Source: Acidobacteriota bacterium (lineage in GTDB: Bacteria; Acidobacteriota; Terriglobia; Bryobacterales; Bryobacteraceae). Taken from it: DNA of 64,000 nt. Both the position numbers and the translations under genes were made by a program. The DNA lies in NCBI GenBank assembly GCA_021787555.1, contig JAJYLS010000001.1, forward strand, positions 27,967 through 91,966, read 5' to 3'. Every line of letters begins with the position of its first letter. Position 1 is the stretch's first letter. The notes under the pieces were generated by a model, which saw only the letters and a list, made by a program, of their open reading frames with translations, was not told the origin of the DNA and did no database searches. Shown here piece by piece: positions 39,009-48,392 of this stretch.

Positions 39009-41453
39009 TCAGTAGTGGCAGCCAATGATCGCTTGCCCCTGAAAGGCAACCCAAGTGTCAGGGGGAAGCGCGATCGAGGGATTGAGCAGGCCATTAGTCG
39101 ATGCGCTGCCAGCCGTGCCGCCAAATAGATAGCCGGCATTTTCATAGGGTGCGTATTCCGTCTTTGCGACGGTGGCATTACCGGTAAATAGGGCGTAGCG
39201 CTTACCGGCTGTGATCGTCACAGGCGCCCCGGCTATGGGGCAGGATGCGTAACCCGTGGCGGTAAGGTTGATCCCGTGGCCGCCACTGCCAGCGCAATGC
39301 GCCAGGATATTGCCCGAGGCGTCGGCGATGCCGATATCGTAGTAATCGGTGGAGGTCGGATCGGCGGTATAGACATAGAAATCCAGGGTATTGCACTTCA
39401 GTGTCTGGTCTACGATCAGGCCGAACACGGCGGCGCTGTTGGGGGCAGCCAGGCCAAGGGAATTAGTGGAGATGCCGCCGGCACGAGGGTTTTCCCAGAC
39501 AGTAAGCGCCGGCATATCGGCTTGGCTCATCTGGCTACCATAGTTCTCCGGCCCGAATAAGTCGACCCTGCCCAGGCTGCCGGCAGTTACTGCGTCCAGC
39601 CAGATGCCGATAACCTGTTTGGAAATGTCGATTCCGGCGGTGGAGGTGGCCCCCGAATCGCGGCAGGCGCCGGGGGTGGTGCTGCCCACGATGGCCCGGT
39701 CATTGACGGCCGTGGCATTATCCGCCACACAGGAGACGACACCGCGCGTCGCGACTTCCGTGGCGGCTCCGGTGGTTGCCGTGGAAACGCAAACCCCCAG
39801 AATTCCGGTATCGCCGGCAGCGGGCAGGACAACGCTGCCGGCCGAATCGGTTTTGCAGAGCATGTTGGCGGTGACACCTCCCGCGCCGGCGGTTTTGGTG
39901 CTGCTGAGGTAGCCCGTCCCGAGCGAGGTATTGGGAAGGGATAGGCCGGCAGCGGCGCTCGTGCAGTTGGCGCTGCCGTTGGCGCCAATGCCGGTGGCGA
40001 AGGAGTTGGGCGGACACTGGACCGGCGTGGAGGCCAGGGCGGTGGCCGTGGGGGCGTTGTAACCGCTGGGCATATCCGCGGGCACCAGCGCGCGAAAGAC
40101 CGGCGGCGCGGCCGAGCCGTTGCCTGGGCCGGCGAAAACGGCATTGGCGTTCTGATTGGCCAGCGTCCCGGTGAGCGTGCCGCTACCGGTGATGGGCGAC
40201 CCGGAAACGGAAAACATATCGGGCAGTGAAAGACCGACGCTGGTGACGGTGCCACCGCCGCCGCCGCCGCCCGGGCTGGCGCAGACGCCGTCGGCGCCCA
40301 GAAACGAGCCGGCGGAACAGGTGCCGCTCCAGAGTGCGGTCACGTCGGAGTATCCGGCCGGAACGGCATTACCGGCGCTGCCCTTCAGCAGGCCGGAACC
40401 GCCAATGGAGGGGATGGCGGGCCAGGCAGACGGAGCACCACTGATGGCGGTCTGATAGCCGGTGAAATCGATCCAGCCCTGCGCCAACTTGCCGTTAGTG
40501 CCGGCCTTGGGAATGCCAAAAGGGGAGGATGTGGCGGTGGCGATCTCGTCGCTCCCGCCGTTCTGGTGGGTGGCGGCGTGGGGGGAGGGAGTGAACCGGG
40601 ACGGCACCCCGGCGAGGCTCGACCAGGGATATCCGCCAGGCAGGTCGCCGGAGACGAGCGGGCGCAGCGCCGCGGCATCCACGTTGGAGCCCGAGGAATC
40701 GGTGGCGAGAACCTGGTGGGGCGCGCCGCTGGGCACCGAATTCGCCGGATTGGACGAGAGGTTGACGGTCCAGTCCGCGTAAGTCCCGGCACCGGCGGTG
40801 GTGCTCACATTGACCGCGAGGGTGGTGCCAGAGTAGGAACTGACGACACCGAACATCCACGCCCCGCTGCTGACGGACGTGATCACAACCGAGGCACCGG
40901 GGGAATAGGCCAGGCCGGACTGCGTGGTCAGGGTCCGGGAACCGGTGCCGACGGTGAGGCTGGTGCTCGACGTCGCCGCGTATCCCGGCGGGGTGTTGGT
41001 GACTCCCGGCCAAGCCGGATCTATAGCCAGGGTACAGGTATTGGCTGTGCACACCATGAGCAGGCCAGTACCGGGGACCAGCGCCGAATCGGCAGGCGTC
41101 CAGGTGTCGGCCGAAGTGCACTGGTACAGGCCGGGAGTTCCCGAGGTGAGATAGACCACTCGCGGATCGGTAGAAGGCGAGCAGGTATCCGGCAAACTGG
41201 AGACGGTGCTGAACACGCCGGCAAAGGCATCCCCTTGCAGCGTCCAGACATCGGCGGCGGTGCAGAGGTAGAGGTTCTGGCCAGGAGTGTTGTCGGTCTT
41301 GACGAACAAATCGCCCACGGCGCAGGTTCCGGGCAACGCCGTTCCTGTTTTCATGGGGTTTCTCCCCTGGGTTTGAAGATCGATGCGAGTTTGAGCGGAT
41401 GCGGCCAGGGCGGCCAGACACACGTATTGCGCGACACGTTTCAAGAGGATCAT
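39009..41453 (-). CDS. Secreted Gly/Ser/Thr-rich protein with phage tail-fibre/cement-like modules
   Basis: 814 aa with a signal peptide (LAASA/Q). Module details are given in the findings. Confidence 0.7.
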   Translation of the reverse strand: MILLKRVAQYVCLAALAASAQTRIDLQTQGRNPMKTGTALPGTCAVGDLFVKTDNTPGQNLYLCTAADVWTLQGDAFAGVFSTVSSLPDTCSPSTDPRVVYLTSGTPGLYQCTSADTWTPADSALVPGTGLLMVCTANTCTLAIDPAWPGVTNTPPGYAATSSTSLTVGTGSRTLTTQSGLAYSPGASVVITSVSSGAWMFGVVSSYSGTTLAVNVSTTAGAGTYADWTVNLSSNPANSVPSGAPHQVLATDSSGSNVDAAALRPLVSGDLPGGYPWSSLAGVPSRFTPSPHAATHQNGGSDEIATATSSPFGIPKAGTNGKLAQGWIDFTGYQTAISGAPSAWPAIPSIGGSGLLKGSAGNAVPAGYSDVTALWSGTCSAGSFLGADGVCASPGGGGGGGTVTSVGLSLPDMFSVSGSPITGSGTLTGTLANQNANAVFAGPGNGSAAPPVFRALVPADMPSGYNAPTATALASTPVQCPPNSFATGIGANGSANCTSAAAGLSLPNTSLGTGYLSSTKTAGAGGVTANMLCKTDSAGSVVLPAAGDTGILGVCVSTATTGAATEVATRGVVSCVADNATAVNDRAIVGSTTPGACRDSGATSTAGIDISKQVIGIWLDAVTAGSLGRVDLFGPENYGSQMSQADMPALTVWENPRAGGISTNSLGLAAPNSAAVFGLIVDQTLKCNTLDFYVYTADPTSTDYYDIGIADASGNILAHCAGSGGHGINLTATGYASCPIAGAPVTITAGKRYALFTGNATVAKTEYAPYENAGYLFGGTAGSASTNGLLNPSIALPPDTWVAFQGQAIIGCHY

Positions 41454-41762
41454 GGTGAATTCCTTGGAAGGCAGGACAGGCGCGCCAGAGGGAAGCGTTC
41501 ATTTCCCCGCAAGCCTACTCTCAATTTCACATTACCAAACGGGAGATCTTATACAACACCGCGGGACCTGTAAGTTATTGAAAAGCGAAACAGAAAAAAA
41601 CTTCAAAAACACGTGACCGCTTTTTCTTCACTCTCCCGGCCGAGCGGAATGCGCCCGGCAGTTTGGGTTCGCACCGCACATTCGGCCATGCCGGAGGGTA
41701 AGTTCGAGGACAAGTGTATGCCGCAGATCAAGCAGGACTTATGAACATAATAGTAACTTCGA

Positions 41763-41786
41763 CACAGGCTCGATAACCTGTGCCAC
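41763..41786 (+). repeat. REP-like hairpin copy 1
   Basis: CACAGG-CTCGATAA-CCTGTG-CCAC immediately before ATG 41788. Confidence 0.55.
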
Positions 41787-41787
41787 T

Positions 41788-43131
41788 ATGAAGCCGAATC
41801 CGATCCAAACCATCGGGCTGGGGACCCTGGTTCCGTATTTATTCGTCCTATACAGCCGGATATTCGACGTCAAGTTCTCGTGGCTGCACATTCCGATGCT
41901 GCTCTCGACGCTGCTGCTGGTGCTGAGCGCGGTGAGCATGCAGCTTTTCGGGGTGATGTCGCGGACGCGGATCGGCCGCTACCTGGGATGGTTCACAGTT
42001 TGGGCGCTGGTCGGGGTCCCCTTCAGCGTGTGGCGCACGGGAGCCATGGTTCAGGCAACGCAGGTGTGGCCGCGGGCGCTGTTGGTGTTCATCGCGGTGG
42101 GATGCACGGTGACGTCGCTGGCGGGAGTGCGGCGGGCGATTTTCACGCTGGGATTCGCGGTCGTGATTCTGGGGGTGATCAGCCGGATCTGGGGCGAGAT
42201 GCAAGACGGGCGGCTGTTTCTGCCGCAGGGGAAATTCGAGAACCCGAACGACCTGGCGCAGGCGGTGCTGATGGGGTTTCCTTTTCTGCTGTTCATCGTG
42301 ATGGAAGGAAACAACCTGATGAGGTTTCTGGTGTTTTTGGGGGCGATTCCACTGTTCCAGGCGTTGATCCGCACGGGCTCGCGCGGCGGAATGCTGGGAA
42401 TGATCGTCATTCTGTTGTTCGTCTTCTTCCGGTGTTCGCTGGGCGGGAAGATGCTGGCGCTGACTGGCGGGCTTGCGGTGCTGTTGATCACCATGGCAGT
42501 GCTGCCGGAGAGCCTGTTGCAGCGCTACGTCACGCTGTTTCATGCGGGGCCCAGCGCGGCCATGCAATCCAGCGGGTGCCCGACTTGCGTGATGCACCAG
42601 GAAGAGATGGCCGCGGGATCCGCCAACGAGCGTTACCAGTTGCTGAAAGAGAGCATTACCATGTCCCTGGAGAACCCGATTTTCGGGGTGGGGATGGGAC
42701 AATTCCCGGTGGCCAGAGGAATGGACGCCGACCGGCAGGGGATCCACATCCCCTGGCGGGTGTCGCACAATTCGTACACCGAGGTATCCAGCGAAACCGG
42801 CCTGCTGGGGCTGATCCTTTACATGACGTCGTTTTTCGGCTGCATCGGGATGTGCTGGCGACTTGGAAGGTTCGCCGAGGCCCGGGCCCACCCGCAATGG
42901 AAGCTGATTTCGCGGGTGACGTTCTGCCTGCAAATGTCGCTGCTGAGCTACGCAGTAACGAGTTTCTTCGCGAGCGTGGCGTACCAGCAGTATTTTCCGA
43001 CGCTGGCGGGGCTGACGGTGGCGCTGATGCAGGCCGTGGAGCCGGAATACAAGAAATGGAAGCGGCAGACGGAAGCGGCGGCGCAGGCGCCCCTCGATTT
43101 CCAGCGGCGGCGCGTGCTGAGAGCGGCATAG
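41788..43131 (+). CDS. O-antigen ligase / Wzy polymerase-like protein, paralog 1
   Basis: NPNDLA, TGSRGG, P.FGVG.GQF and HNSYTE..SETG motifs. Confidence 0.88.
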   Translation: MKPNPIQTIGLGTLVPYLFVLYSRIFDVKFSWLHIPMLLSTLLLVLSAVSMQLFGVMSRTRIGRYLGWFTVWALVGVPFSVWRTGAMVQATQVWPRALLVFIAVGCTVTSLAGVRRAIFTLGFAVVILGVISRIWGEMQDGRLFLPQGKFENPNDLAQAVLMGFPFLLFIVMEGNNLMRFLVFLGAIPLFQALIRTGSRGGMLGMIVILLFVFFRCSLGGKMLALTGGLAVLLITMAVLPESLLQRYVTLFHAGPSAAMQSSGCPTCVMHQEEMAAGSANERYQLLKESITMSLENPIFGVGMGQFPVARGMDADRQGIHIPWRVSHNSYTEVSSETGLLGLILYMTSFFGCIGMCWRLGRFAEARAHPQWKLISRVTFCLQMSLLSYAVTSFFASVAYQQYFPTLAGLTVALMQAVEPEYKKWKRQTEAAAQAPLDFQRRRVLRAA

Positions 43132-43149
43132 GAGAAGGCGCAGAGCGCA

Positions 43150-43164
43150 GGAGGCCTGTGCCAC
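43150..43164 (+). repeat. REP-like copy 2 (partial)
   Basis: GGAGGCCTGTGCCAC, identical to 44598-44612. Confidence 0.5.
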
Positions 43165-43176
43165 AATGAGAGGCGC

Positions 43177-45177
43177 ATGTGCGGGATTGCGGGATTTGTG
43201 AATGTGGAAGCGAGCGACGCGCCGGCGGCGGTCGTGGAGCGGATGAGCGCGACGATCCGGCACCGTGGACCGGATGCATTCGGGTTCTATCGCGATGAGT
43301 ACGCGGCGCTGGGACACCGGCGGCTGAGCATCATCGACGTGAGCGCGGGGGCACAGCCGATGTACAACGAGGACGGGAACCTCGTAATCGTTTATAACGG
43401 TGAAATCTTCAATCACGCGGCGCTGCGGCCGGCGCTCGAAGCGGCGGGGCACCGGTACACGACGCGGTGCGACACGGAAACCATCCTGCACGCGTACGAG
43501 CAGCACGGGCCGGATTGCGTAGCGGACTTTCGCGGGATGTTCTCCTTCGCCATCTGGAACAAGCAGACGCGGACGCTTTTCTGCGCGCGGGACCGGGTGG
43601 GGAAGAAGCCCTTCTATTACTACTGGGACGGGCGGGTGTTCGTATTCGGGTCGGAGATCAAGGCGATCCTGGAACACCCGGCGGTGGCACCGCGGATCGA
43701 GGAAAGCCTGCTGGCGGAGTACCTGGCATTCGGATATGTCAGCGAAGAGCGGACCCTGTTCGCGGGGATCAGGAAGCTGATGCCGGGGCACTGGCTGCGC
43801 CTATCGGCGCGGCAGGAGCCAGGCGGGGTATCCGCCGCTTCCGCGGGCAGGGGTCGAGGAGCCGGGCTGGAGATTCAGCAGTATTGGGAGCTTCCGACGC
43901 CGGGGACAAGCGCGACGCAGGTGGAGCCGCGGAGCGAGCGGCTATGGATCGCGGAATGCCGCAGCCGGCTGGAAGAGACCGTGCGGATGCGTCTGATGAG
44001 CGACGTTCCGCTGGGAATGTTTCTGAGCGGGGGGGTGGATTCGAGCACCATCGCGGCGATCATCCGGCGGCAGGCCTCGGGGCCGGTGAAGACGTTCGCG
44101 GTAGGATACGGCGAGGCGGCCTACAGCGAACTGGAATACGCGCAGTACGTGGCCAAGAGCATAGGGACGGAGCACCACGAGGTGGTCGTGGGGATGGAGG
44201 AGTTTTTCAACGCTCTGCCGATGCTGGTGTGGCACGAAGACGAGCCGATTACGTGGCCGTCGAGCGTATCGCTGTACTTCGTTTCCAAGCTGGCGGCGAA
44301 AGAGGTGAAGGTGGTGCTGACGGGCGAGGGCAGCGACGAACTGTTCGCGGGCTACGACCGCTACCGGTTCTACCTGTGGAACCAGCAATGGGCGCAGTAT
44401 TACGGCGTAGTGCCGGCGGCGCTGCGACGGGCCATCCGGAAGCGGGTGGCGGAGACGCGGCTGCTCTCGGCCACGCTGCGGAGAAAGGTGCAGCATACGT
44501 TCGTGGGGCGGGGCGAGGGGCTGGAATCGCTCTACCTGGATAATTTCTATTGCGCGTTCGGGCACGAGGAGATTCCGCTGAAAGGCACCCCAGGCCGGGA
44601 GGCCTGTGCCACGTTCCGTCATTACTGGGATGAGCGCGGCGGGGCTTCGATGCTGGGGCGGATGCTCTACGCCGATCAGAAGACGTACCTGGTGGAGCTG
44701 TTGATGAAACAGGACCAGATGAGCATGGCCTCCTCGATCGAAAGCCGCGTGCCGTTTCTGGACCATCTGCTGGTGGAGTTCGCGGCGGGGGTTCCCGACC
44801 ATTTGAAGATCCACAACGGGGTGGGCAAGTACATCGTCAAGAAAGCCGCCGAGGACCTGATTCCGCGGGAGATCATCTACCGGAAGAAGATGGGCTTTCC
44901 GACGCCGCTGCGGCAATGGCTGCTGGAGGACCGGGCGACGCCGCTACTGAAGATGCTGGGGCGGAAGGACGGGTTGATCGCGGAATACCTCGACAGGGCG
45001 GCGGTTGCGAAGCTGCTTGAGCAGTACCGCGCGGGGCACATCGACGCCACGGACCGGATCTGGCGGCTGCTGAACCTGCAATTGTGGGGCGATCTTTACT
45101 TCACCGGCCGGCGCGAAGAGATCTGGGACGGGTTGATGAAAACGCAGACAGGCACGAATGCCTGCGCGACCCGATGA
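43177..45177 (+). CDS. asnB: Asparagine synthase (glutamine-hydrolysing)-like amidotransferase
   Basis: MCGIAG, HRGPD, NGEIFN, LSGGVDSS, GEGSDE and E.RVPFLD motifs. Confidence 0.95.
   Translation: MCGIAGFVNVEASDAPAAVVERMSATIRHRGPDAFGFYRDEYAALGHRRLSIIDVSAGAQPMYNEDGNLVIVYNGEIFNHAALRPALEAAGHRYTTRCDTETILHAYEQHGPDCVADFRGMFSFAIWNKQTRTLFCARDRVGKKPFYYYWDGRVFVFGSEIKAILEHPAVAPRIEESLLAEYLAFGYVSEERTLFAGIRKLMPGHWLRLSARQEPGGVSAASAGRGRGAGLEIQQYWELPTPGTSATQVEPRSERLWIAECRSRLEETVRMRLMSDVPLGMFLSGGVDSSTIAAIIRRQASGPVKTFAVGYGEAAYSELEYAQYVAKSIGTEHHEVVVGMEEFFNALPMLVWHEDEPITWPSSVSLYFVSKLAAKEVKVVLTGEGSDELFAGYDRYRFYLWNQQWAQYYGVVPAALRRAIRKRVAETRLLSATLRRKVQHTFVGRGEGLESLYLDNFYCAFGHEEIPLKGTPGREACATFRHYWDERGGASMLGRMLYADQKTYLVELLMKQDQMSMASSIESRVPFLDHLLVEFAAGVPDHLKIHNGVGKYIVKKAAEDLIPREIIYRKKMGFPTPLRQWLLEDRATPLLKMLGRKDGLIAEYLDRAAVAKLLEQYRAGHIDATDRIWRLLNLQLWGDLYFTGRREEIWDGLMKTQTGTNACATR
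44591..44612 (+). repeat. REP-like hairpin copy 3, in frame inside asnB
   Basis: CAGGCC-GGGA-GGCCTG-TGCCAC, read as PGREACAT. Confidence 0.55.
45148..45170 (+). repeat. REP-like hairpin copy 4 at the asnB 3' end
   Basis: ACAGGCA-CGAA-TGCCTG-CGCGAC, read as TGTNACAT. Confidence 0.5.
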
Positions 45178-46379
45178 AGATCCTGTGGGTCAATTCCAAT
45201 TTCATGCATCCCACCAACAAAGGTGGGGCGATCCGGACGCTGGAGATGCTGCTGCATTTGCAGAAGCGGCACGAGATTCACTACGCGGCGATCGAGAACC
45301 CGGCACAGCCGGAAGGGCCGAAGCGGGCGCACGAGTATTCGTACCGGGCATACGCGGTGCGGCACAAGGTTCCGGAGCGCGGGTCGGCGGCGTTCGCGGC
45401 GCAGCTTGTGGGGGGGATGTTTTCGCCGCTGCCGCTGGCCATGAAACGATTCCGGTCAGTGGAGCTGGGCGTGTTTCTGGCGCGGCTGATCCGGGAGGAA
45501 GGCTTCGACCGGATGGTGGTGGACCACCTGACGCCGGCGACTTACTTTCCCGACCTGGAGCACGGCATTTTATTCCAGCACAACGTGGAGACGGTGATCT
45601 GGCGGCGGCACGCGGAGCACGCGGCGGATCCGCTGCGGCGGTTGTACTTCGGAGTGCAGGCGCGCCGGATGTTCGAGTTCGAGCGGCGGGTATGCCGGGC
45701 GGTAGCGCATATCGTGGCGGTATCGGCGGCGGACGCGGAGAACATGCGGAAGCTGTTCGGAGTGACGCATATTTCGGAGATTCCGACGGGGGTGAACATC
45801 GAGCATCATCTCCCGCCTCCGGGCGTCAAGTGCTTTGCCGATCTGGCGTTCGTGGGGTCGATGGACTGGCTGGCGAATATCGACGGGGTGAAGTGGTTCG
45901 TGGAAGTAGTGCTGCCGCTGGTACGGCGGCGCAGGCCGGAAGCGACGTTTGGGGTGATCGGACGGATGCCGCCGCCGGAGATCCGGGCGATGGCCGAACG
46001 CGATCCGAAGATTTTCGTGACGGGGACAGTGGAGGACGTGCGGCCGTACCTGTGGGGGTCGAAGATCTCGGTGGTGCCGCTGCGGATCGGCGGCGGGACG
46101 CGGCTGAAGATTTACGAATCTATGGCGGCCAAGGTGCCGGTGATCTCGACATCCGTAGGAGCCGAAGGGCTGGAGGTGCATCCGCCAGAGAACGCGCGGA
46201 TCGCGGACAGCGCGGAGGATTTCGCGGAGGCGTGCGTGGAGTTGTTGGAGGACGCGGGGGAGCGGACGCGGATGGCGGCGGCGGCGTGGGAGATGGTGAA
46301 CGCGCGGTTTTCCTGGGAGCGGGTGGCGGAGTGCTTCGAGAGGGTGCTGGAGCACACGCCACGCACCTTAGCCGTCTAG
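45174..46379 (+). CDS. Glycosyltransferase family 4, paralog of 18503-19684
   Basis: MKILWV..GGAIRT, QHNVE, GSMDW and VPLRIGGGTRLKIYE motifs. Confidence 0.9.
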   Translation: MKILWVNSNFMHPTNKGGAIRTLEMLLHLQKRHEIHYAAIENPAQPEGPKRAHEYSYRAYAVRHKVPERGSAAFAAQLVGGMFSPLPLAMKRFRSVELGVFLARLIREEGFDRMVVDHLTPATYFPDLEHGILFQHNVETVIWRRHAEHAADPLRRLYFGVQARRMFEFERRVCRAVAHIVAVSAADAENMRKLFGVTHISEIPTGVNIEHHLPPPGVKCFADLAFVGSMDWLANIDGVKWFVEVVLPLVRRRRPEATFGVIGRMPPPEIRAMAERDPKIFVTGTVEDVRPYLWGSKISVVPLRIGGGTRLKIYESMAAKVPVISTSVGAEGLEVHPPENARIADSAEDFAEACVELLEDAGERTRMAAAAWEMVNARFSWERVAECFERVLEHTPRTLAV

Positions 46380-46457
46380 TTCTAGTACTACCTATAGAGG
46401 CAAGGATGGTGTTTTTAATAAGTTAACAAAGTGGCAGCGTGAGCGCTTGCCGGGAGT

Positions 46458-47267
46458 CTATCGCACCAGGCGTTGCCGGATCTCGAGGTACTGATTTCCG
46501 CAGATTTTTTTGGCCAGTTTCTTGAATTCCCACCAAGCGGTCTGTTTCCAGCGGGGGGAGCGACGGCCGGCGGCGATGGCACCGGAAACGGCGGCGGGCA
46601 TGCCGCGCCAGATGCCATACCGGCCGAGGATCCGGCAGCGGTTGAGGATGGCAATGCTGGTGGTGGGCTCAGAGGTAAAGAGGACCCGGATGCCAGCCAG
46701 TTCGGCGGCTTCGGCGACGCGGCGGGAATAGAAACCGCCGGGGACGGAAGCGGCCGGGATGGATTTGCCAAGGATATCGCCAAGGACGTGGACGCTTTCG
46801 TCCCATTCGCGGCGGAGTTGCTCCCAGGAACAGGCGGAGATGCGCGGGGGATGGGAGCAGGAATGGCTGCCGATGACGTGGCCGCGGCGGTCGAGCTCGC
46901 GGACCTGGGCGGCGCTGAGAAAACCGGGGGTGCCGATGCGGCCGGTGGTGACGAAAAAGTGGCCGCGCCAGCCGTGCTGCTCGAGCAGGGGAGCGATTTC
47001 GGCGATTGCGCTGGCGCCGCCGTCGTCGAAGGTGAGGTAGAGGGGCCACGGGGGAGCCAGGGGTTGGGGGCCGGATACCAGGGCCGGTGGTGCACCGGCG
47101 CGCGCGGCTTGGATGGCGGCGAGGTGGCTGGCGAAATCGTCGTGCTCGAGCTTGTAGATGTCGGCGCCGATGCCGGGAAAACCGCTGGAAGAGAAATCGC
47201 CCGGGGGGACGACGTCGTGGTACATGAGGGCGAGAGCGCGCATGAAAGCAATTGGCTGCCAGCTCAT
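46458..47267 (-). CDS. Polysaccharide deacetylase (NodB-like)
   Basis: LMYHD, LTFDDG and GSHSCSH motifs. Start may be 47243. Confidence 0.88.
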   Translation of the reverse strand: MSWQPIAFMRALALMYHDVVPPGDFSSSGFPGIGADIYKLEHDDFASHLAAIQAARAGAPPALVSGPQPLAPPWPLYLTFDDGGASAIAEIAPLLEQHGWRGHFFVTTGRIGTPGFLSAAQVRELDRRGHVIGSHSCSHPPRISACSWEQLRREWDESVHVLGDILGKSIPAASVPGGFYSRRVAEAAELAGIRVLFTSEPTTSIAILNRCRILGRYGIWRGMPAAVSGAIAAGRRSPRWKQTAWWEFKKLAKKICGNQYLEIRQRLVR

Positions 47268-47270
47268 ATT

Positions 47271-48380
47271 TTACAGGTGGACAGGGCCGTCGCCGTCGCC
47301 GCGGGTGAGATGGATTTCGGGGAGGGCGGCGTCCCAGGGGTCGAGGGAAGCGGCCAGTTTTTTGGAAGCGGCAAAAATGAAGTTGGACGGGCCGGCGCGA
47401 AAGCCGGCGCGACGAAGGGCGGCGCCCCAGGCCTGGTGCGACTGGTTGGAAACGATCAGGTCGACGCCGACGGATTCGAGGAAGGAAGCCGCAGCGGCGG
47501 CGACTGCGGGGGCATCGCCGGGCGCGGCGAAACAATCGGCGATGGCGCCAAGGCGCAGGTTGCCGAAGTAGAGGTGGTCCTGCATGGGGGTATCGAGGAG
47601 GACAGCCCAGCCGAGGGGTGCGGCCGCGCCGCCACGCACCATGATGTTGATAAATCGGGGGTTATCGGCGGGGTAGAGGATGCGGAGCGTGGCGGCGTCG
47701 CGCGAGCCAGCCATGGCGTAAAGCGGGTGACAGCGCTGCCAGAGGTCGTCGGCCCAGGGGCCGAAGCTGCGGACGACCTCAGGGGGCGCGGCGCCGGGGG
47801 CCGCGGGCCGCGAGGCGAGGAGGCGCAGACCGGCCGCGCCGAGGCCGGAATATGCGGCGGCATCGAGGGCCAGGCGGCGCAGCGGAGTGGTGCGGAGGGC
47901 GCGGATGTTGCGGAGGAAGCGAAAGGGGCGGAGAACCTTGAAATAGAACGGAACGGCGGAGAGCTTCCAGCCGGCTTTTACCAGCATGCGGGGGAGCGGG
48001 CGGTCGAAGCCGCCCATCCCGAGGGCATAAAGAACCGGCTGGCGGCGGAGGGCGTCGAGGAGCAACTGCGCGCCGAGGAGGGAGTGGCGCTTGTCGACGA
48101 GGCCTTCGGAAAGCGGCAGGTGATAGTAGCCGATGGAGCGGACGGCGCCACGGAAGGAGAAGTCCTGGTGCTTGAGGATGTAGCCGCCGTGGACTTGAGG
48201 GCCGGAAGCGGCGACGAACATCTCCTGGAAGATGCGGCGGCCGTTCTGGTGGGGTAGCCATTCGGGGATGTCGGCTTCGGGGAATTGGAAGGCGGTTTCG
48301 CCGCCGTCGCGGAGGCGGCGGTTGAAGGCGCGCACGGCGGGGACGTGCTCGGCGGAATAAGGCTGGATGGCGAGAGACAC
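47271..48380 (-). CDS. Hypothetical GNAT-like acyltransferase
   Basis: Size, context and a C-terminal TRGDGD motif similar to EPS-locus GNAT-fold proteins. Confidence 0.55.
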   Translation of the reverse strand: MSLAIQPYSAEHVPAVRAFNRRLRDGGETAFQFPEADIPEWLPHQNGRRIFQEMFVAASGPQVHGGYILKHQDFSFRGAVRSIGYYHLPLSEGLVDKRHSLLGAQLLLDALRRQPVLYALGMGGFDRPLPRMLVKAGWKLSAVPFYFKVLRPFRFLRNIRALRTTPLRRLALDAAAYSGLGAAGLRLLASRPAAPGAAPPEVVRSFGPWADDLWQRCHPLYAMAGSRDAATLRILYPADNPRFINIMVRGGAAAPLGWAVLLDTPMQDHLYFGNLRLGAIADCFAAPGDAPAVAAAAASFLESVGVDLIVSNQSHQAWGAALRRAGFRAGPSNFIFAASKKLAASLDPWDAALPEIHLTRGDGDGPVHL

Positions 48381-48392
48381 GAAAGTATCAGC

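Noticed and set aside
35850..41453. Prophage
   Set aside because: No terminase, capsid, portal or lysis genes, and both proteins have signal peptides.
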